Source: a virus. From it: a stretch of 64,000 nt of DNA. Of this stretch, positions 9,970-20,404 are shown in pieces. The stretch is taken from the IMG/VR virus record IMGVR_UViG_3300045988_181996; one strand, written 5' to 3'. Position 1 is the stretch's first letter; each line of letters starts with the position of its first letter. Below the pieces are notes generated by a model that was given only the letters and a program-made list of their open reading frames with translations, made no database searches and was not told where the DNA came from. Both the position numbers and the translations under genes were made by a program.

Positions 9970-11463
9970 TTAATTTTCTGAATTATTTATTTCAGATTCA
10001 ACTTCACCAGTTTGTTCTACAACTTCAATCGTCTCAGCTTGTTTAATTCCACGAGCCATTGCACGTCCTTGAACAGTTCCAGTTAAAGTATCTTGAATTA
10101 GGTTTTGGATATTAAGTCCAAGACCTTTATTAATTTGTTCAGTTGTTGTCATAATATCACCAACTAGTTTAGATGAATTACCCTCACCAAACATAGTGAT
10201 TGAATCAATTCTACTAAGTGGTTCAGCAACTGCACGAGCAATTTCTGGTAATTTATCAAGAACCATTTCAAGCTTACCTGCGTCTTGTAATTTAAGCATT
10301 GCTTCTGCTTTTTTATTTAACCCTTCTGCTTCAGCTTCTAATGTTAATCTAATTCTTTCAGCTTCAGCACGACCTTCTTTTTCAATAGCGATTGCATTTT
10401 GTTCAGCCGCATATCTTTCAGCTTCTGCACGAGCTTTAATTGCATCAGCTTCTTTTTCAGCTTCAAATTTTTCAGCTTCAGCTTGGTTCATTCTTTCAAT
10501 TTTTTCAGCTTCTGCTTGTTGTTGCCTAGCATATTTTTCAGCGTCTGCTTGTTTTTTGATCTCAGCAGAAAGTTTTTCTTCCATTACTTTAACGTTACGG
10601 TTTTGAATTTCCGCTTCTTTTTCAGCTTTAACGATATTAGCTTCAGCAGTTTGTCGTTCAATTTCTTTACGTTGAGCTTGTTGTTCAATTTCATATGAAG
10701 CGTCTGCTTGAGCACGTTTAACCTCAGATGCAGTTTTTAACTGAGCTTTTTTAATCTCAAGTTCATTGTTTCGTTGTGCAATTTCTAAATCCGCATCAAC
10801 ACGAGCATCATTAGCAATTTTACTACTTTTAGCTTCTTGTTCAGCTACTTCTTGAAGTGCAATAGCTTTAGCAATAGCAGCATCTTTTCTAATTCTTTCA
10901 GTGTTATCGATACCTAAGTTTTTAATAACATCGTTTTTATCGATAACATTTTGAATGTTAAATGCAACTATTTCTAATCCCATTTCTTCTAAATCTTTGG
11001 TAGCATTTTCTTGAACTTGTGTTGAAAAAGTTACTTTATCTTGAACAATTTCTTTAATATCCATTCGACCAATAATAGCACGAAGGTGTCCTTCTAATGT
11101 ATCACGAACTTCATTTGAAATTTGTTCAGGATCTTTATATAAAAAGTTACGAATAGCTGATTTAAATAACTCAGGTCTTTCAACTCCGATTCTAACTTTA
11201 ATAGCAGCATCAACTTTAACTTCAATAAAGTCTTTTGTAGTAACAAAATCAGTTGTTTTAGCATCAATTGAAATCATTTCTGCTGTCATTGTATCAACTC
11301 GTTCTAAAATTGGTATTTTCCAACCTGTTCTACCATGTAATACCCTTTGTTTTCTCCATCCAGAAATAACCTTAATCTCACGTGGAGACGCAGAAACAAA
11401 ACCTGTTAGAAAAAGTAAACCAGCAAGGATTACTCCTAATAAAATTAAAATAATAGTAACCAT
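9970..11463 (-). CDS. flotillin-like SPFH/band-7 protein with Ala/Glu-rich coiled-coil repeats, 497 aa
   Basis: N-terminal TM helix. SPFH core. Long 'AEAEK' heptad-like repeat region. Length and layout like B. subtilis FloT/YuaG. Confidence 0.8.
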   Translation of the reverse strand: MVTIILILLGVILAGLLFLTGFVSASPREIKVISGWRKQRVLHGRTGWKIPILERVDTMTAEMISIDAKTTDFVTTKDFIEVKVDAAIKVRIGVERPELFKSAIRNFLYKDPEQISNEVRDTLEGHLRAIIGRMDIKEIVQDKVTFSTQVQENATKDLEEMGLEIVAFNIQNVIDKNDVIKNLGIDNTERIRKDAAIAKAIALQEVAEQEAKSSKIANDARVDADLEIAQRNNELEIKKAQLKTASEVKRAQADASYEIEQQAQRKEIERQTAEANIVKAEKEAEIQNRNVKVMEEKLSAEIKKQADAEKYARQQQAEAEKIERMNQAEAEKFEAEKEADAIKARAEAERYAAEQNAIAIEKEGRAEAERIRLTLEAEAEGLNKKAEAMLKLQDAGKLEMVLDKLPEIARAVAEPLSRIDSITMFGEGNSSKLVGDIMTTTEQINKGLGLNIQNLIQDTLTGTVQGRAMARGIKQAETIEVVEQTGEVESEINNSEN

Positions 11464-11547
11464 AATTAAAAATTCCTTTCTTTTTTTAAATTTTCATTAT
11501 ACATGTTTTAAGCAGTTTTATGACGTGCTTAGGTCAATTAATATTAA

Positions 11548-11814
11548 TTAAACCTTCAAATTAATTGATTCTAAAAATTCATAATCTTCTTTACTTAATT
11601 TAATTACTTCACCATTATCATTAACTAATGTCGCATTTTCATAAAAAGAATCATATTCTAATTTAAAAATTTGAGGTTTATATTTACTTATATTTTCATT
11701 TACATATTTATATTCTTTTGGAAGTTTATCAATTACAACTGCTACATAAAACATACTCAAATGTGTATATTTTATGATCCTATCATTAAATTTTTGAAAT
11801 TCTTTCTGCTTCAA
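11548..11814 (-). CDS. hypothetical 88-aa protein upstream of flotillin (possible short NfeD-like partner)
   Basis: Position immediately 5' of the SPFH gene. Weak similarity only. Confidence 0.35.
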   Translation of the reverse strand: MKQKEFQKFNDRIIKYTHLSMFYVAVVIDKLPKEYKYVNENISKYKPQIFKLEYDSFYENATLVNDNGEVIKLSKEDYEFLESINLKV

Positions 11815-11923
11815 CCCGTCTGATTTTGTCGTAAAAATGAATAATCATCATTACTGACTACTTTCATTTGATGTGACGATCCACAGACTTAACTTTCCGT
11901 ATAACCCACGGTAGTGACAATAT

Positions 11924-13102
11924 TTATACTGTAGTCAAAACAGTGTAGTTTTGACATTGTTCTAAGTTTAGAGATGCGTTTATATCTCGGTCGTGAACAA
12001 CGCTACATTTTGGACATGTCCAAGTACGTTCTTTTAATTTTAACTCTGTGTTTTTATACCCACAACAAGAACATAACTTGCTAGAAGGGTAGAAACGTGG
12101 AGCTAAACGTAGTTCAATCCCTAGTTTTTCACATTGGTTAGTTAAGAACAATCTTGACATATACCATTGTGCATTGGAAATTGTTTTAGATAAATGTTTA
12201 TTTTTCATTAGACTTTTTATATTCAAGTCTTCAATAGTTATAAAACTTGGTTTTTGTTTCATAATTGATTGTAGAGCTTTTTGATTATAATCAGTTCTAA
12301 TTCTTGTTATTCTTTCATAAAGTTTATTAACAAGTCTTTGATTTTTATTTAAATTTTTACATTCTCTCAAAGGGCGATTCCAATTAAAACTTTTTAATTG
12401 TCCTTTTTTCTTTCCTGTCTTGTAATAAACTTTATTAATCATGTTGTGTTCATATTTACGTGACAATGCACGTTGTTTTTGTTTTAACTTTTTCTCAAGT
12501 TTTATAACTCGTTTTGATTTGTTAATAGACGGTATCGTTTCATTTTTTGTAATGAATTGGTTTTTTATTCCAAAATCAATACCTATACCATGTGTAGAGG
12601 TAACGGTTTGTTTGATATTCACTTCATCAGTTAAACAAGAAACAAAGTAACGTCCATTTTTCATAGAAACAGTGACAGATTTAACATTATTCGGTATATA
12701 ACCAAATTCTTTTAATCGAACCCATTTTAGTTTAGGTAAAAAAATACGATGTCTTTCAACTTTTATTGTACCAATTAAATAGAAACTATTATTTTTTGAT
12801 TTCTTTTTAAAATTTGGTTTTCCTTTTTTACCATTTAAATAATCCCACATTGCTTTATGACCGTTCATTATTGCTTGTTTTATAGCTTTACTAGGTGACT
12901 TAATTAACCAATCAGGTCTATTTGGATCGTTATTTATCATCTTTGAATAATCATATCCTGAGATAATAGGTTGATTATTTTCTAAACGTTTAAAATTATA
13001 ACTGATAAATTGATTATAAATGTATCTAGTATTACCAAACGTTTGATGTATTAAATTAATTTGTTCTTTATTGGGTTTGATTTCTGTCTTGTAAGCTTTC
13101 AT
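11924..13102 (-). CDS. tnpB: second, divergent IS200/IS605-family TnpB, 392 aa
   Basis: 'RFYPSSKLCSCCGYKNTELKLKERTWTCPKCSVVHDRDINASLNL' zinc finger. 'ITIEDLNIKSLMKNKHLSK' RuvC-II-like. No tnpA. Confidence 0.85.
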   Translation of the reverse strand: MKAYKTEIKPNKEQINLIHQTFGNTRYIYNQFISYNFKRLENNQPIISGYDYSKMINNDPNRPDWLIKSPSKAIKQAIMNGHKAMWDYLNGKKGKPNFKKKSKNNSFYLIGTIKVERHRIFLPKLKWVRLKEFGYIPNNVKSVTVSMKNGRYFVSCLTDEVNIKQTVTSTHGIGIDFGIKNQFITKNETIPSINKSKRVIKLEKKLKQKQRALSRKYEHNMINKVYYKTGKKKGQLKSFNWNRPLRECKNLNKNQRLVNKLYERITRIRTDYNQKALQSIMKQKPSFITIEDLNIKSLMKNKHLSKTISNAQWYMSRLFLTNQCEKLGIELRLAPRFYPSSKLCSCCGYKNTELKLKERTWTCPKCSVVHDRDINASLNLEQCQNYTVLTTV

Positions 13103-13184
13103 TTAAATAACTGTCCTTTTTGTGTGTTTCTAATTACATATTAACATGTATTAATATATTTGTTAATAAAAATGTTAACTGTTT

Positions 13185-13778
13185 CTATTCTCTTAATTTT
13201 TTATTTTCATCTTTTAATTTATTATAGTTATCTTTAAGTTTTGTATTCTCACTTTGTAATTTACTATAATCTTCTTTTAATTTAATATTTTCATCTGTTA
13301 GTTTTTTTGAATCATCTTTTAAAGTATCTAATTTTTTTGTGTATTCATCAACAATTGTTTTTGTTTCTTTATCTAACTTTTCTTTATACTCTTTTTCAAG
13401 TTCTTCTTTAGCTTCTTTTTTCGAATTTTCTAATTCTTCTTTTTGTGCTTGTTTTTGTTTTTCTTCCATTTCTTTTTGTTTTTGTCGTCTTGTTTCAATT
13501 GTTTCTTTAGTTAATTCATTCTTACGATCTAATTCTTCTTGAGATAATCGTTTTTGTTCAATAGCATGTTGTTTTGCTAATTTTGTATTTTGCATATATT
13601 GCCCTATAATAACTCCAAAGGTTGTAACAGCAAATACAGAAACAATAATTATTTTCCATCTTTTTTTTCTAGCATCTTTTTCACGTTTTTTTATAAAATT
13701 TTCATCTGAATCATCTAAATGATCGTTATAAACATCTTTTAAGTGCTTATTTCTTTTAAATATATCTAAAAAACCCAT
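13185..13778 (-). CDS. membrane-anchored K/E-rich coiled-coil protein, 197 aa
   Basis: Single TM helix 'IIIVSVFAVTTFGVIIG' followed by charged coiled-coil. Confidence 0.5.
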   Translation of the reverse strand: MGFLDIFKRNKHLKDVYNDHLDDSDENFIKKREKDARKKRWKIIIVSVFAVTTFGVIIGQYMQNTKLAKQHAIEQKRLSQEELDRKNELTKETIETRRQKQKEMEEKQKQAQKEELENSKKEAKEELEKEYKEKLDKETKTIVDEYTKKLDTLKDDSKKLTDENIKLKEDYSKLQSENTKLKDNYNKLKDENKKLRE

Positions 13779-13800
13779 TAATCAAAAATTTCCTTTCTGT

Positions 13801-14388
13801 TTAAAATACTCGAACTCCCATTAATGAATCTTCAGTAAAATTACCTACTGCACGGGAGTCTTGACTTACATCTCTATTATCACCTAATACAAAATAATGT
13901 CCTTCTGGTACAATAGTATCAAAATTAACAGTTTTAAATAGATGAATATTATTTTCATCTAAATATTTTTCTTCATATTTTACATTATTTACATATAAAA
14001 CACCGTCTATTACTGTTACTCTATCTCCTGGTAACCCGATTACACGTTTAACAATGTTTTTACTCTCACCACCATCAACTAATCGTTCTTTAAATACTGC
14101 TATATCAAATCTATCCACTCGCTCTTTTTTTAATAACATGTACTCACCATCTTTTAATGTTGGTAACATTGACGGACCGTCTACTTTAACTAATGTAAAA
14201 TTTATTCTAAATAACATTACAATCATGATAATTACTAAAAATACTGTAACATCTTTAACAGGTGAATGTAATTTTTTATGGTTATATATACTAACTTCAC
14301 TTTCATCAACACCCATAGCTTCTGCTAATTCTTTATTACGCTTTTTTAAATATTCATCATCTTTTTTATATCTATCAAAAATACCCAA
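13801..14388 (-). CDS. lepB: type I signal peptidase (SipS/LepB family), 195 aa
   Basis: Boxes 'GPSMLPTL', 'KRVIGLPGDRV', 'YFVLGDNRDVSQDSR' with catalytic Ser/Lys context. Confidence 0.85.
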   Translation of the reverse strand: MGIFDRYKKDDEYLKKRNKELAEAMGVDESEVSIYNHKKLHSPVKDVTVFLVIIMIVMLFRINFTLVKVDGPSMLPTLKDGEYMLLKKERVDRFDIAVFKERLVDGGESKNIVKRVIGLPGDRVTVIDGVLYVNNVKYEEKYLDENNIHLFKTVNFDTIVPEGHYFVLGDNRDVSQDSRAVGNFTEDSLMGVRVF

Positions 14389-14402
14389 AATTTCACCCCT
14401 AA

Positions 14403-14684
14403 CTAATTATCACGGTCATAATTACCAGACAATTCATGATCAATTTTATCTGATAAACGGTTTATTGAACTAACAATATTCATTTGACTTTGTAAAATAG
14501 CATTCATTCTATCTATTACTTCATTTGGTTGTGAATAACTCATATCATAGTCATCTAAATAATTCTTGACAGCTAAATTTACAACATCATTCATAGACAT
14601 CGATTTATCTGTTGCAACACTTAGTAATCTTCTCTTTGTTCTATCAGTTAATCTAATCTGTAAACTTTCAGTTCTTTTTTTCAC
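14403..14684 (-). CDS. ribbon-helix-helix DNA-binding protein, 93 aa
   Basis: 'LQIRLTDRTKRRLLSVATDKSMSMNDVVNLAVKNYL' RHH fold signature. Confidence 0.5.
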   Translation of the reverse strand: MKKRTESLQIRLTDRTKRRLLSVATDKSMSMNDVVNLAVKNYLDDYDMSYSQPNEVIDRMNAILQSQMNIVSSINRLSDKIDHELSGNYDRDN

Positions 14685-14839
14685 TAAATTTCACACTTCT
14701 TTCTTTTATATTTATCACTATTATATCACATCTTTTGTTAATATACAAGTATTTTATTAAAAAATTGACATAAAAAAGAAGTAGTTTAACGACATACTTA
14801 GGTCTGATTTATAATTAATTTTTATTTAAGAGCATTGAA

Positions 14840-15775
14840 TTAAACTTTAGTTCTTTTTTCTTCATCTACTTGTTGTCCACGACCAGTTATAACAGGTGCA
14901 TCACCATAGTAGTTTTTAAGTTCAACTCCACCTGTTTCAACAAAATAGTTACCGTTCCATGTTATATCTGGTTGGTCTTTAGCTTTAAGTACCATTGTAA
15001 ATTGATAAACTTTATCAGTATTACTATCATATACTTTTATTTTATCTATTTTATAACCTAAAACTATCATATTATTTAATGAAGCAACTGAACCACGTTT
15101 TGTAACTGTTAATACATCTTTAATTGAACCTGGTTTAAAATCTCCATTTTTTTCAGCAACTGCATTAAATTGTTTTGTAAGCTCGTCCGTTACAGTTTTA
15201 GTTTCTTTTTCTGGTAAAGGAACATCACTTTTTTCTAAATCTGCTTTAGCTTGTTTTTCAGTATCTTCTTCTTTTGGTTTTTCTTTTTTAACTTCTTCTT
15301 TTGGTTTTTCGTTATTTTCTTCTTTTGGTTTTTCTTCTTGTTTTTGTTCTACTTGTGGTTGATTACCTTGCATTCGTTTTTCCGCTTCTTTTTGAGATGA
15401 TTTCAAAGCGTACACACCCCAAATAATACCAAGAACTATAGCAATAGGAACAATTATTTTAACAATTTTCATCCATTTGTCGATTCCGTTTTGTTTTTGT
15501 ATATCACTACTATTACTATCATCTCCGTTATACATATCATCATATCCGTCAAACTCAGGGTCGTACTCAGGATCAACTTCATCTACATTATAATTATCTT
15601 CTTCATCGTAAGTATCTTTGTCATCATAATCAACATCTTCATCAAATTCTTCTAATTGAGCTTTTTTCTTCTTAACTTTAACAGGAACATTTATATCGAT
15701 ATCCGATAATTTAATTCCTGTTTCTTCATTTGTTTTTTCAACTTCTTTATTTTTCTTACTAAATTTTCCAAACAT
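14840..15775 (-). CDS. membrane protein with acidic N-terminal tail and K/E-rich linker, 311 aa
   Basis: TM 'IVKIIVPIAIVLGIIWGVYAL'. Low-complexity 'EEKPKEE' repeats. Confidence 0.5.
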   Translation of the reverse strand: MFGKFSKKNKEVEKTNEETGIKLSDIDINVPVKVKKKKAQLEEFDEDVDYDDKDTYDEEDNYNVDEVDPEYDPEFDGYDDMYNGDDSNSSDIQKQNGIDKWMKIVKIIVPIAIVLGIIWGVYALKSSQKEAEKRMQGNQPQVEQKQEEKPKEENNEKPKEEVKKEKPKEEDTEKQAKADLEKSDVPLPEKETKTVTDELTKQFNAVAEKNGDFKPGSIKDVLTVTKRGSVASLNNMIVLGYKIDKIKVYDSNTDKVYQFTMVLKAKDQPDITWNGNYFVETGGVELKNYYGDAPVITGRGQQVDEEKRTKV

Positions 15776-15836
15776 TTATTTTCAACCTTTCAAATTATGT
15801 AATTAACTAATTTTAAGACTTAGTTAGGTCTAACAT

Positions 15837-16610
15837 CTAAAAGAAATCATTTAAATTAGCATTTGCTTTTATTTTTTTTAACTGTTTTTCAATTTTCTTA
15901 TCTTTTTGCTTTATCTCATTAATTTTATTTTTCAAATTACTTGAATGAATCTCTACATCACTTAAATTAACGGATTTAGCAGTTTTCTTTGTCGATGTTT
16001 GTTTTTCTTGTTTTTCTTCTACATCTTTTTTTTGTGGTTTTTTCTTAACAGTTTTTTCAGTATTCGTTGTTGAAACCACTTCGTTTGATTTTTTAGACTG
16101 CTTTTTAGCTGTTGTCTTCTTTGGTTTTTCTTCTTTTTTTACCGTTTCTTTTTTCTCAGTTGTTTCGCTAATTTTACCAAATTCATTATCGATTTTAATT
16201 TTTATTTTTATTAAATGTGCCAAGGCTATATTTGCATTCTCACTTTGATTTAATATTAACTTAAAAATTTCAGAATGTGTTAATTTTTTACGTACAGTAG
16301 AATCATTAATATAATTAATAATTTCATCAGGTATTCCTTTAAAACGATACGAAAATGGTTTATCTATTTCTATATAATTAAAATTATCAGAATAACTATT
16401 ATAAAGTGCAATTGTTTGATTAATTGTTAAACCATATGTTGTACCTGTATTATATAGTAATTTTAACACATCACAATAAAATGAACTCAATCCATAACGA
16501 CAACTTTTCTTTAGTTGATCAATTTGACCAAATTTCGTATTTATATTATAATATAATGTTTTGTTCATTATAAAGATCCTTTCTTTTTTACTATGTTCAT
16601 ATTTTAACAT
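15837..16610 (-). CDS. putative plasmid replication initiator (basic C-terminus) adjacent to iterons, 257 aa (true start may be Met15, 16568)
   Basis: Gene start abuts the 13-bp iteron array. Lys-rich DNA-binding tail. No family motif recognised, so the call is by context only. Confidence 0.4.
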   Translation of the reverse strand: MLKYEHSKKERIFIMNKTLYYNINTKFGQIDQLKKSCRYGLSSFYCDVLKLLYNTGTTYGLTINQTIALYNSYSDNFNYIEIDKPFSYRFKGIPDEIINYINDSTVRKKLTHSEIFKLILNQSENANIALAHLIKIKIKIDNEFGKISETTEKKETVKKEEKPKKTTAKKQSKKSNEVVSTTNTEKTVKKKPQKKDVEEKQEKQTSTKKTAKSVNLSDVEIHSSNLKNKINEIKQKDKKIEKQLKKIKANANLNDFF

Positions 16611-16644
16611 CTTCTTTCAAAGAAGTCAAGTAATATATTATAAT

Positions 16645-16962
16645 TTGTTACCCTTAGTTGTTCTCCCTAGTTGTTACTCTTAGTTGTTCTCCTTAGTTGT
16701 TACTCTTAGTTGTTCTCCTTAGTTGTTACCCTTAGTTGTTACCCTTAGTTGTTACCCTTAGTTGTTACCCTTAGTTGTTCTCCTTAGTTGTTCTACTTAG
16801 TTGTTCTCACTAGTTGTTCTCCCTAGTTGTTCTACTTAGTTGTTCTACTTAGTTGTTCTCACTAATTGTTCTCCCTAGTTGTTCTCACTAGTTGTTCTAC
16901 TTAGTTGTTCTCACTAGTTGTTCTCCCTAGTTGTTCTCACTAGTTGTTACCCTTAGTTGTTA
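16645..16962. repeat. iteron array 1: ~24 tandem copies of a 13-bp unit YTAGTTGTTMYYC
   Basis: Read directly from the sequence. No unique spacers between units, so not CRISPR. Confidence 0.9.
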
Positions 16963-17071
16963 CAAAAAATACAAAAAAGATACAAAAATACAACACAAAA
17001 TCATTGACATTTATACATCACAATGATACACTAGATATATCGATAAAAAAAAGAAAGGAATAGACTAGAGC

Positions 17072-18073
17072 ATGGAAAAGAAAAAATCAGTTAAATTATC
17101 TGATATTTCAATAGATCAAATTAAAAGAAGTAAAAAAATAAAGAAAACTCCTTTAATTGAAGAAAAAATAAATGAAGAAACTCAAACACCTACTACTCAA
17201 GCTGACAATGAAGAACTTGGTAAAGCTGGAGAATATGTACCAGTCGAAGACGATGCTATAATTGAGATGTTTGAAACTAACAATGAAGAAAGTTTTGAAG
17301 AAATAGAACATGCAGTTATAGAAGAAACTAAAACACCTAACAATGAAATAGTTAACCCTATGGAAAGTATAGAACTTATTGATGATATTACAGATGAAGA
17401 TATTAATGCAACAAATCAACCTAAAAATAGTTTCTTTAAAGAAATAATTAATGAGTTCAAATCATATTCATTAACATTTAAACTATTTACGTTTCTTTCA
17501 ATCATTCTTGTTGGAATATTAATTGCAATTAGTGTTTATTTTTACAAGAAAACACCGAAAAATGTTGAACAACAAGAACAACCTAAACAAGAAGTTAAAC
17601 AAGAAGTTAAACAAGAAGAAAAAACAGAAGATGATAGTAAATCAGAAAAAGAAAAACTTCAATCCAAACTTGAAGATAGTGTTAAATCAATTAACACACC
17701 TACTAAAGTTGCAACAGAAGATTTATTTGGTGGATATATATTAGGTAGTACTACTTATTATCCTGATGACCCACAAAAACTTTATATTGATTTCACTATC
17801 AAACCACCTAAAGAAAAACAACCACAAGCTGATGATGAAACTGCTCTGAAAATTCTAAAAACTTTAAAATCGACTTTACCTAAAATAAACGAAACTATTG
17901 AAGTTAAAGATAAATCTAAAGTTACTATGGAAATTTATAAACAAAAATCAGAATATCAAACTATTCTATTATATGACGGTAAACCATTTGCTTATGTTTC
18001 AACTGATAAAGACCTTGTTTCAACTAACCATGTTACTGGTGAATATGTCTCAAAAGTTGCTAAAGACGCTTAA
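17072..18073 (+). CDS. membrane-anchored protein, acidic N-terminus, single TM, extracytoplasmic C-domain, 333 aa
   Basis: TM 'FTFLSIILVGILIAISVYFY'. KQEVKQE repeats. Confidence 0.5.
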   Translation: MEKKKSVKLSDISIDQIKRSKKIKKTPLIEEKINEETQTPTTQADNEELGKAGEYVPVEDDAIIEMFETNNEESFEEIEHAVIEETKTPNNEIVNPMESIELIDDITDEDINATNQPKNSFFKEIINEFKSYSLTFKLFTFLSIILVGILIAISVYFYKKTPKNVEQQEQPKQEVKQEVKQEEKTEDDSKSEKEKLQSKLEDSVKSINTPTKVATEDLFGGYILGSTTYYPDDPQKLYIDFTIKPPKEKQPQADDETALKILKTLKSTLPKINETIEVKDKSKVTMEIYKQKSEYQTILLYDGKPFAYVSTDKDLVSTNHVTGEYVSKVAKDA

Positions 18074-18210
18074 TAATAAAAAGTACTACAAACACACTTG
18101 TAGTACTCTTTTTTTATATTAAAAAAGTCTCCAGAAAAACTCGTCTGTATTAATTTTTCGTGGTATCTTAGTCTCCACAAAAACTTATCCGAAGAATTTT
18201 ATCAAATTTT

Positions 18211-18320
18211 TTACCTGTGGTATTTTATATAAAAAATTACTACCTACGGTATTTTATTTAAAAATTTATTACATCACGTATTTTATTCAAAAAAATAACC
18301 TACAAATGTATTTTCATCAT
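18211..18320. repeat. four ~26-bp direct repeats ACCTRYGGTATTTTATWTAAAAAWTT
   Basis: Seen in sequence, in the non-coding 18.1-19.25 kb region. Confidence 0.7.
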
Positions 18321-18429
18321 ACACCCCTAACATACTTTGTATTTTTATTAGCAAGTCTATTACTTTGTATTATCATCATAATAATAAATTATACTAGTAT
18401 AATTATATTACTCATCAGGATATACTAAC

Positions 18430-18542
18430 TCGCTTAGAATATTATCATTCTAGGATTTACTTAATCAGTATTTAATATTATTATTCTAGGTAATATCTAA
18501 CTATCTAAGAATATTACCCTTCTAGGTAATACTTAATTAGGA
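18430..18542. repeat. three ~35-bp direct repeats (..AATATTAYYCTTCTAGGTAATACTTAA..)
   Basis: Seen in sequence. Confidence 0.7.
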
Positions 18543-19155
18543 AAAAATATACTGTACTATTTTTTACTCAAATCGCAAGGAATGTTGCTTCCTTATTTCA
18601 ATTTCTAATTAAGTAGAAATTATAAAACCCTATTAAAAACTTGAAGCGGCAAGATCATCAAAAAAAAAATAAAAAGATAAAAACATTTAAAAAAAATAAT
18701 GACTTAATATATCAAAAAATCTCCTGTTATTAAAATTTACCGATGCAATTTTATTAATTCGATCTTTTAAGTGAACCCCTACCTTTAAAATTCTCACAAC
18801 TAAATTTACCTTTAAAATAACTAATTAAAACATCATCAAAATAACATTTTAGCAAACTCCCTCACAAAAAAAATACAACTAAATAAAAAAATTCCATTCA
18901 AATAAAATTTTTAAGACGCATTTAAACACCCTTCTCGCTTTGATGAAATACTTTCTGGTATAATTGGTCCAAAAAATATTTTACGACGATTCTAGGGGTA
19001 TAGAAATAGCTCCTAGAGGGTGATTCATTATTTTTGTATATAGTATATTTCGGATAATGACATTTTAACAAAATTATTTAATAAACGTCTACATTTGTCG
19101 TTATCTATTTAACCTTCTTATCCTAATTGGTAATAATATATTTATCGCTGCAAAA

Positions 19156-19210
19156 CGTAATTCTACGAATTACTTAAAAATAAGTTAGGCATAGCCTAAA
19201 ACCCTTTAAC
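19156..19210 (+). promoter_or_regulatory. hairpin motif copy 1: CGTAATTCTACGAATTAC + TTAGGCATAGCCTAA + ACCCTTTAAC upstream of the 19252 gene
   Basis: Two palindromes plus a conserved ACCCTTTAA box. Recurs five times before plus-strand genes. Confidence 0.6.
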
Positions 19211-19251
19211 TCGAAAATATTAATTAAATAAATGTTTGGAGGGTTACCGCT

Positions 19252-19659
19252 ATGAGTTCTACTAAACCATGGATTAAATTCACGCAAGATTATAATAAAG
19301 GTAAATATTCTTACTACAAAAAATCTTATAAAAACCACGACTACTACGTTGTAATTAACCACTTATTCGCACTATGTGGTTATGTCGAAGACACTCTATC
19401 AAGACCTCAAGAACGTTATTTCTTTGATCCATATGAATACGACTTAGATGTTCACGGTGGTGTTACTTATAATGGTGAAGCTTATTTCAATAAAAAAGAT
19501 AAACGCTTATTTATCGGATTTGATTGTGCTCACGCTTGTGATAACGTACCTAAACTATCTTACATTGGTGAAAATCTACCATGGCGAAATGAAAAATATG
19601 TTGAACGTCAATGTAGAAAACTTATTAATCAACTAATAAAATTAAAAGGAGAGCTTTAA
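19252..19659 (+). CDS. hypothetical protein 135 aa (conserved His/Cys/Asp cluster 'HGGVTY..GFDCAHACD')
   Basis: GGAGGG RBS. First gene of the plus-strand cluster. Confidence 0.55.
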   Translation: MSSTKPWIKFTQDYNKGKYSYYKKSYKNHDYYVVINHLFALCGYVEDTLSRPQERYFFDPYEYDLDVHGGVTYNGEAYFNKKDKRLFIGFDCAHACDNVPKLSYIGENLPWRNEKYVERQCRKLINQLIKLKGEL

Positions 19660-19660
19660 T

Positions 19661-19846
19661 ATGACTACTACATACTACTTTATTCAACACCCTACTGAAA
19701 ACCTTTATCGTGAAGACTATACTCTATTTACTTCAATTGATAAATTAAAAAAAGCTAATTCAATTGAAGAAGACTCGAAAATATTCTCAGTTGAAATTAA
19801 TAACAAATATCAAATTATTGGTACTCCTACTGAAATAACTATTTAA
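19661..19846 (+). CDS. hypothetical 61 aa
   Basis: AAAGGAGAG RBS. Translationally coupled to the preceding gene. Confidence 0.45.
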   Translation: MTTTYYFIQHPTENLYREDYTLFTSIDKLKKANSIEEDSKIFSVEINNKYQIIGTPTEITI

Positions 19847-19860
19847 AAGGAGATTTAATC

Positions 19861-20115
19861 ATGAAAACATTTATGGACATAATTATCTACTTACTTGGTT
19901 CAATTATTATTCTTTTTGTGTTTGGATTCCCTTTATTTGTTGCTGCACACTACGGCTCACTAAAAGAAAAAATTAAAAAAATCAATGAAGAAAGTAAAAA
20001 ACTTGATGACGAAATCGCTAAAATTGATTCTTTCACTCGCTCTATTAAAGGTGCTACAAACACTGACTATATCAAGGAACAACAAAAAATGCATTTCCCT
20101 GATAAATTTAATTAA
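19861..20115 (+). CDS. small membrane protein 84 aa
   Basis: AAAGGAGA RBS. TM 'IIIYLLGSIIILFVFGFPLFVAA'. Confidence 0.5.
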   Translation: MKTFMDIIIYLLGSIIILFVFGFPLFVAAHYGSLKEKIKKINEESKKLDDEIAKIDSFTRSIKGATNTDYIKEQQKMHFPDKFN

Positions 20116-20138
20116 AATTAAAAAAAGGAGATTTTATT

Positions 20139-20246
20139 ATGCTTGAATTTATTAAAGCACTCGCTGGAGGTTTTATGTTACTCTTACTAATATTCATGGG
20201 TGGTTATGCCGCTGGTGGATTCTGGGAAGATAACGATAAAAAATAA
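20139..20246 (+). CDS. 35-aa hydrophobic peptide (MLEFIKALAGGFMLLLLIFMGGYAAGGFWEDNDKK)
   Basis: AAAAGGAGA RBS 8 nt upstream. Not in the ORF track. Confidence 0.3.
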   Translation: MLEFIKALAGGFMLLLLIFMGGYAAGGFWEDNDKK

Positions 20247-20404
20247 AAAATTATGAAAAAATTATTAAACATTTACTTAAAACGCTTTGTTAAATACTTT
20301 GTTGGAAGAATTCTTTACATAACTAACTTTAAGTTATTAGCTAAATTCTTCCAACTATTTAATATCTACAAACTATTTAAAATTCTACACAGGAGGTAAT
20401 TAAT

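Noticed and set aside
10196-10698. Plus-strand ORFs (136 and 99 aa) inside the flotillin gene
   Set aside because: Low-complexity Ser/Ala/Phe translations of the antisense of the Ala/Glu/Lys-rich coiled-coil repeat. Antisense artefacts.
16645-16962. CRISPR array
   Set aside because: 13-bp units are directly tandem with no unique spacers. These are iteron-type repeats. The same applies to 26234-26472.
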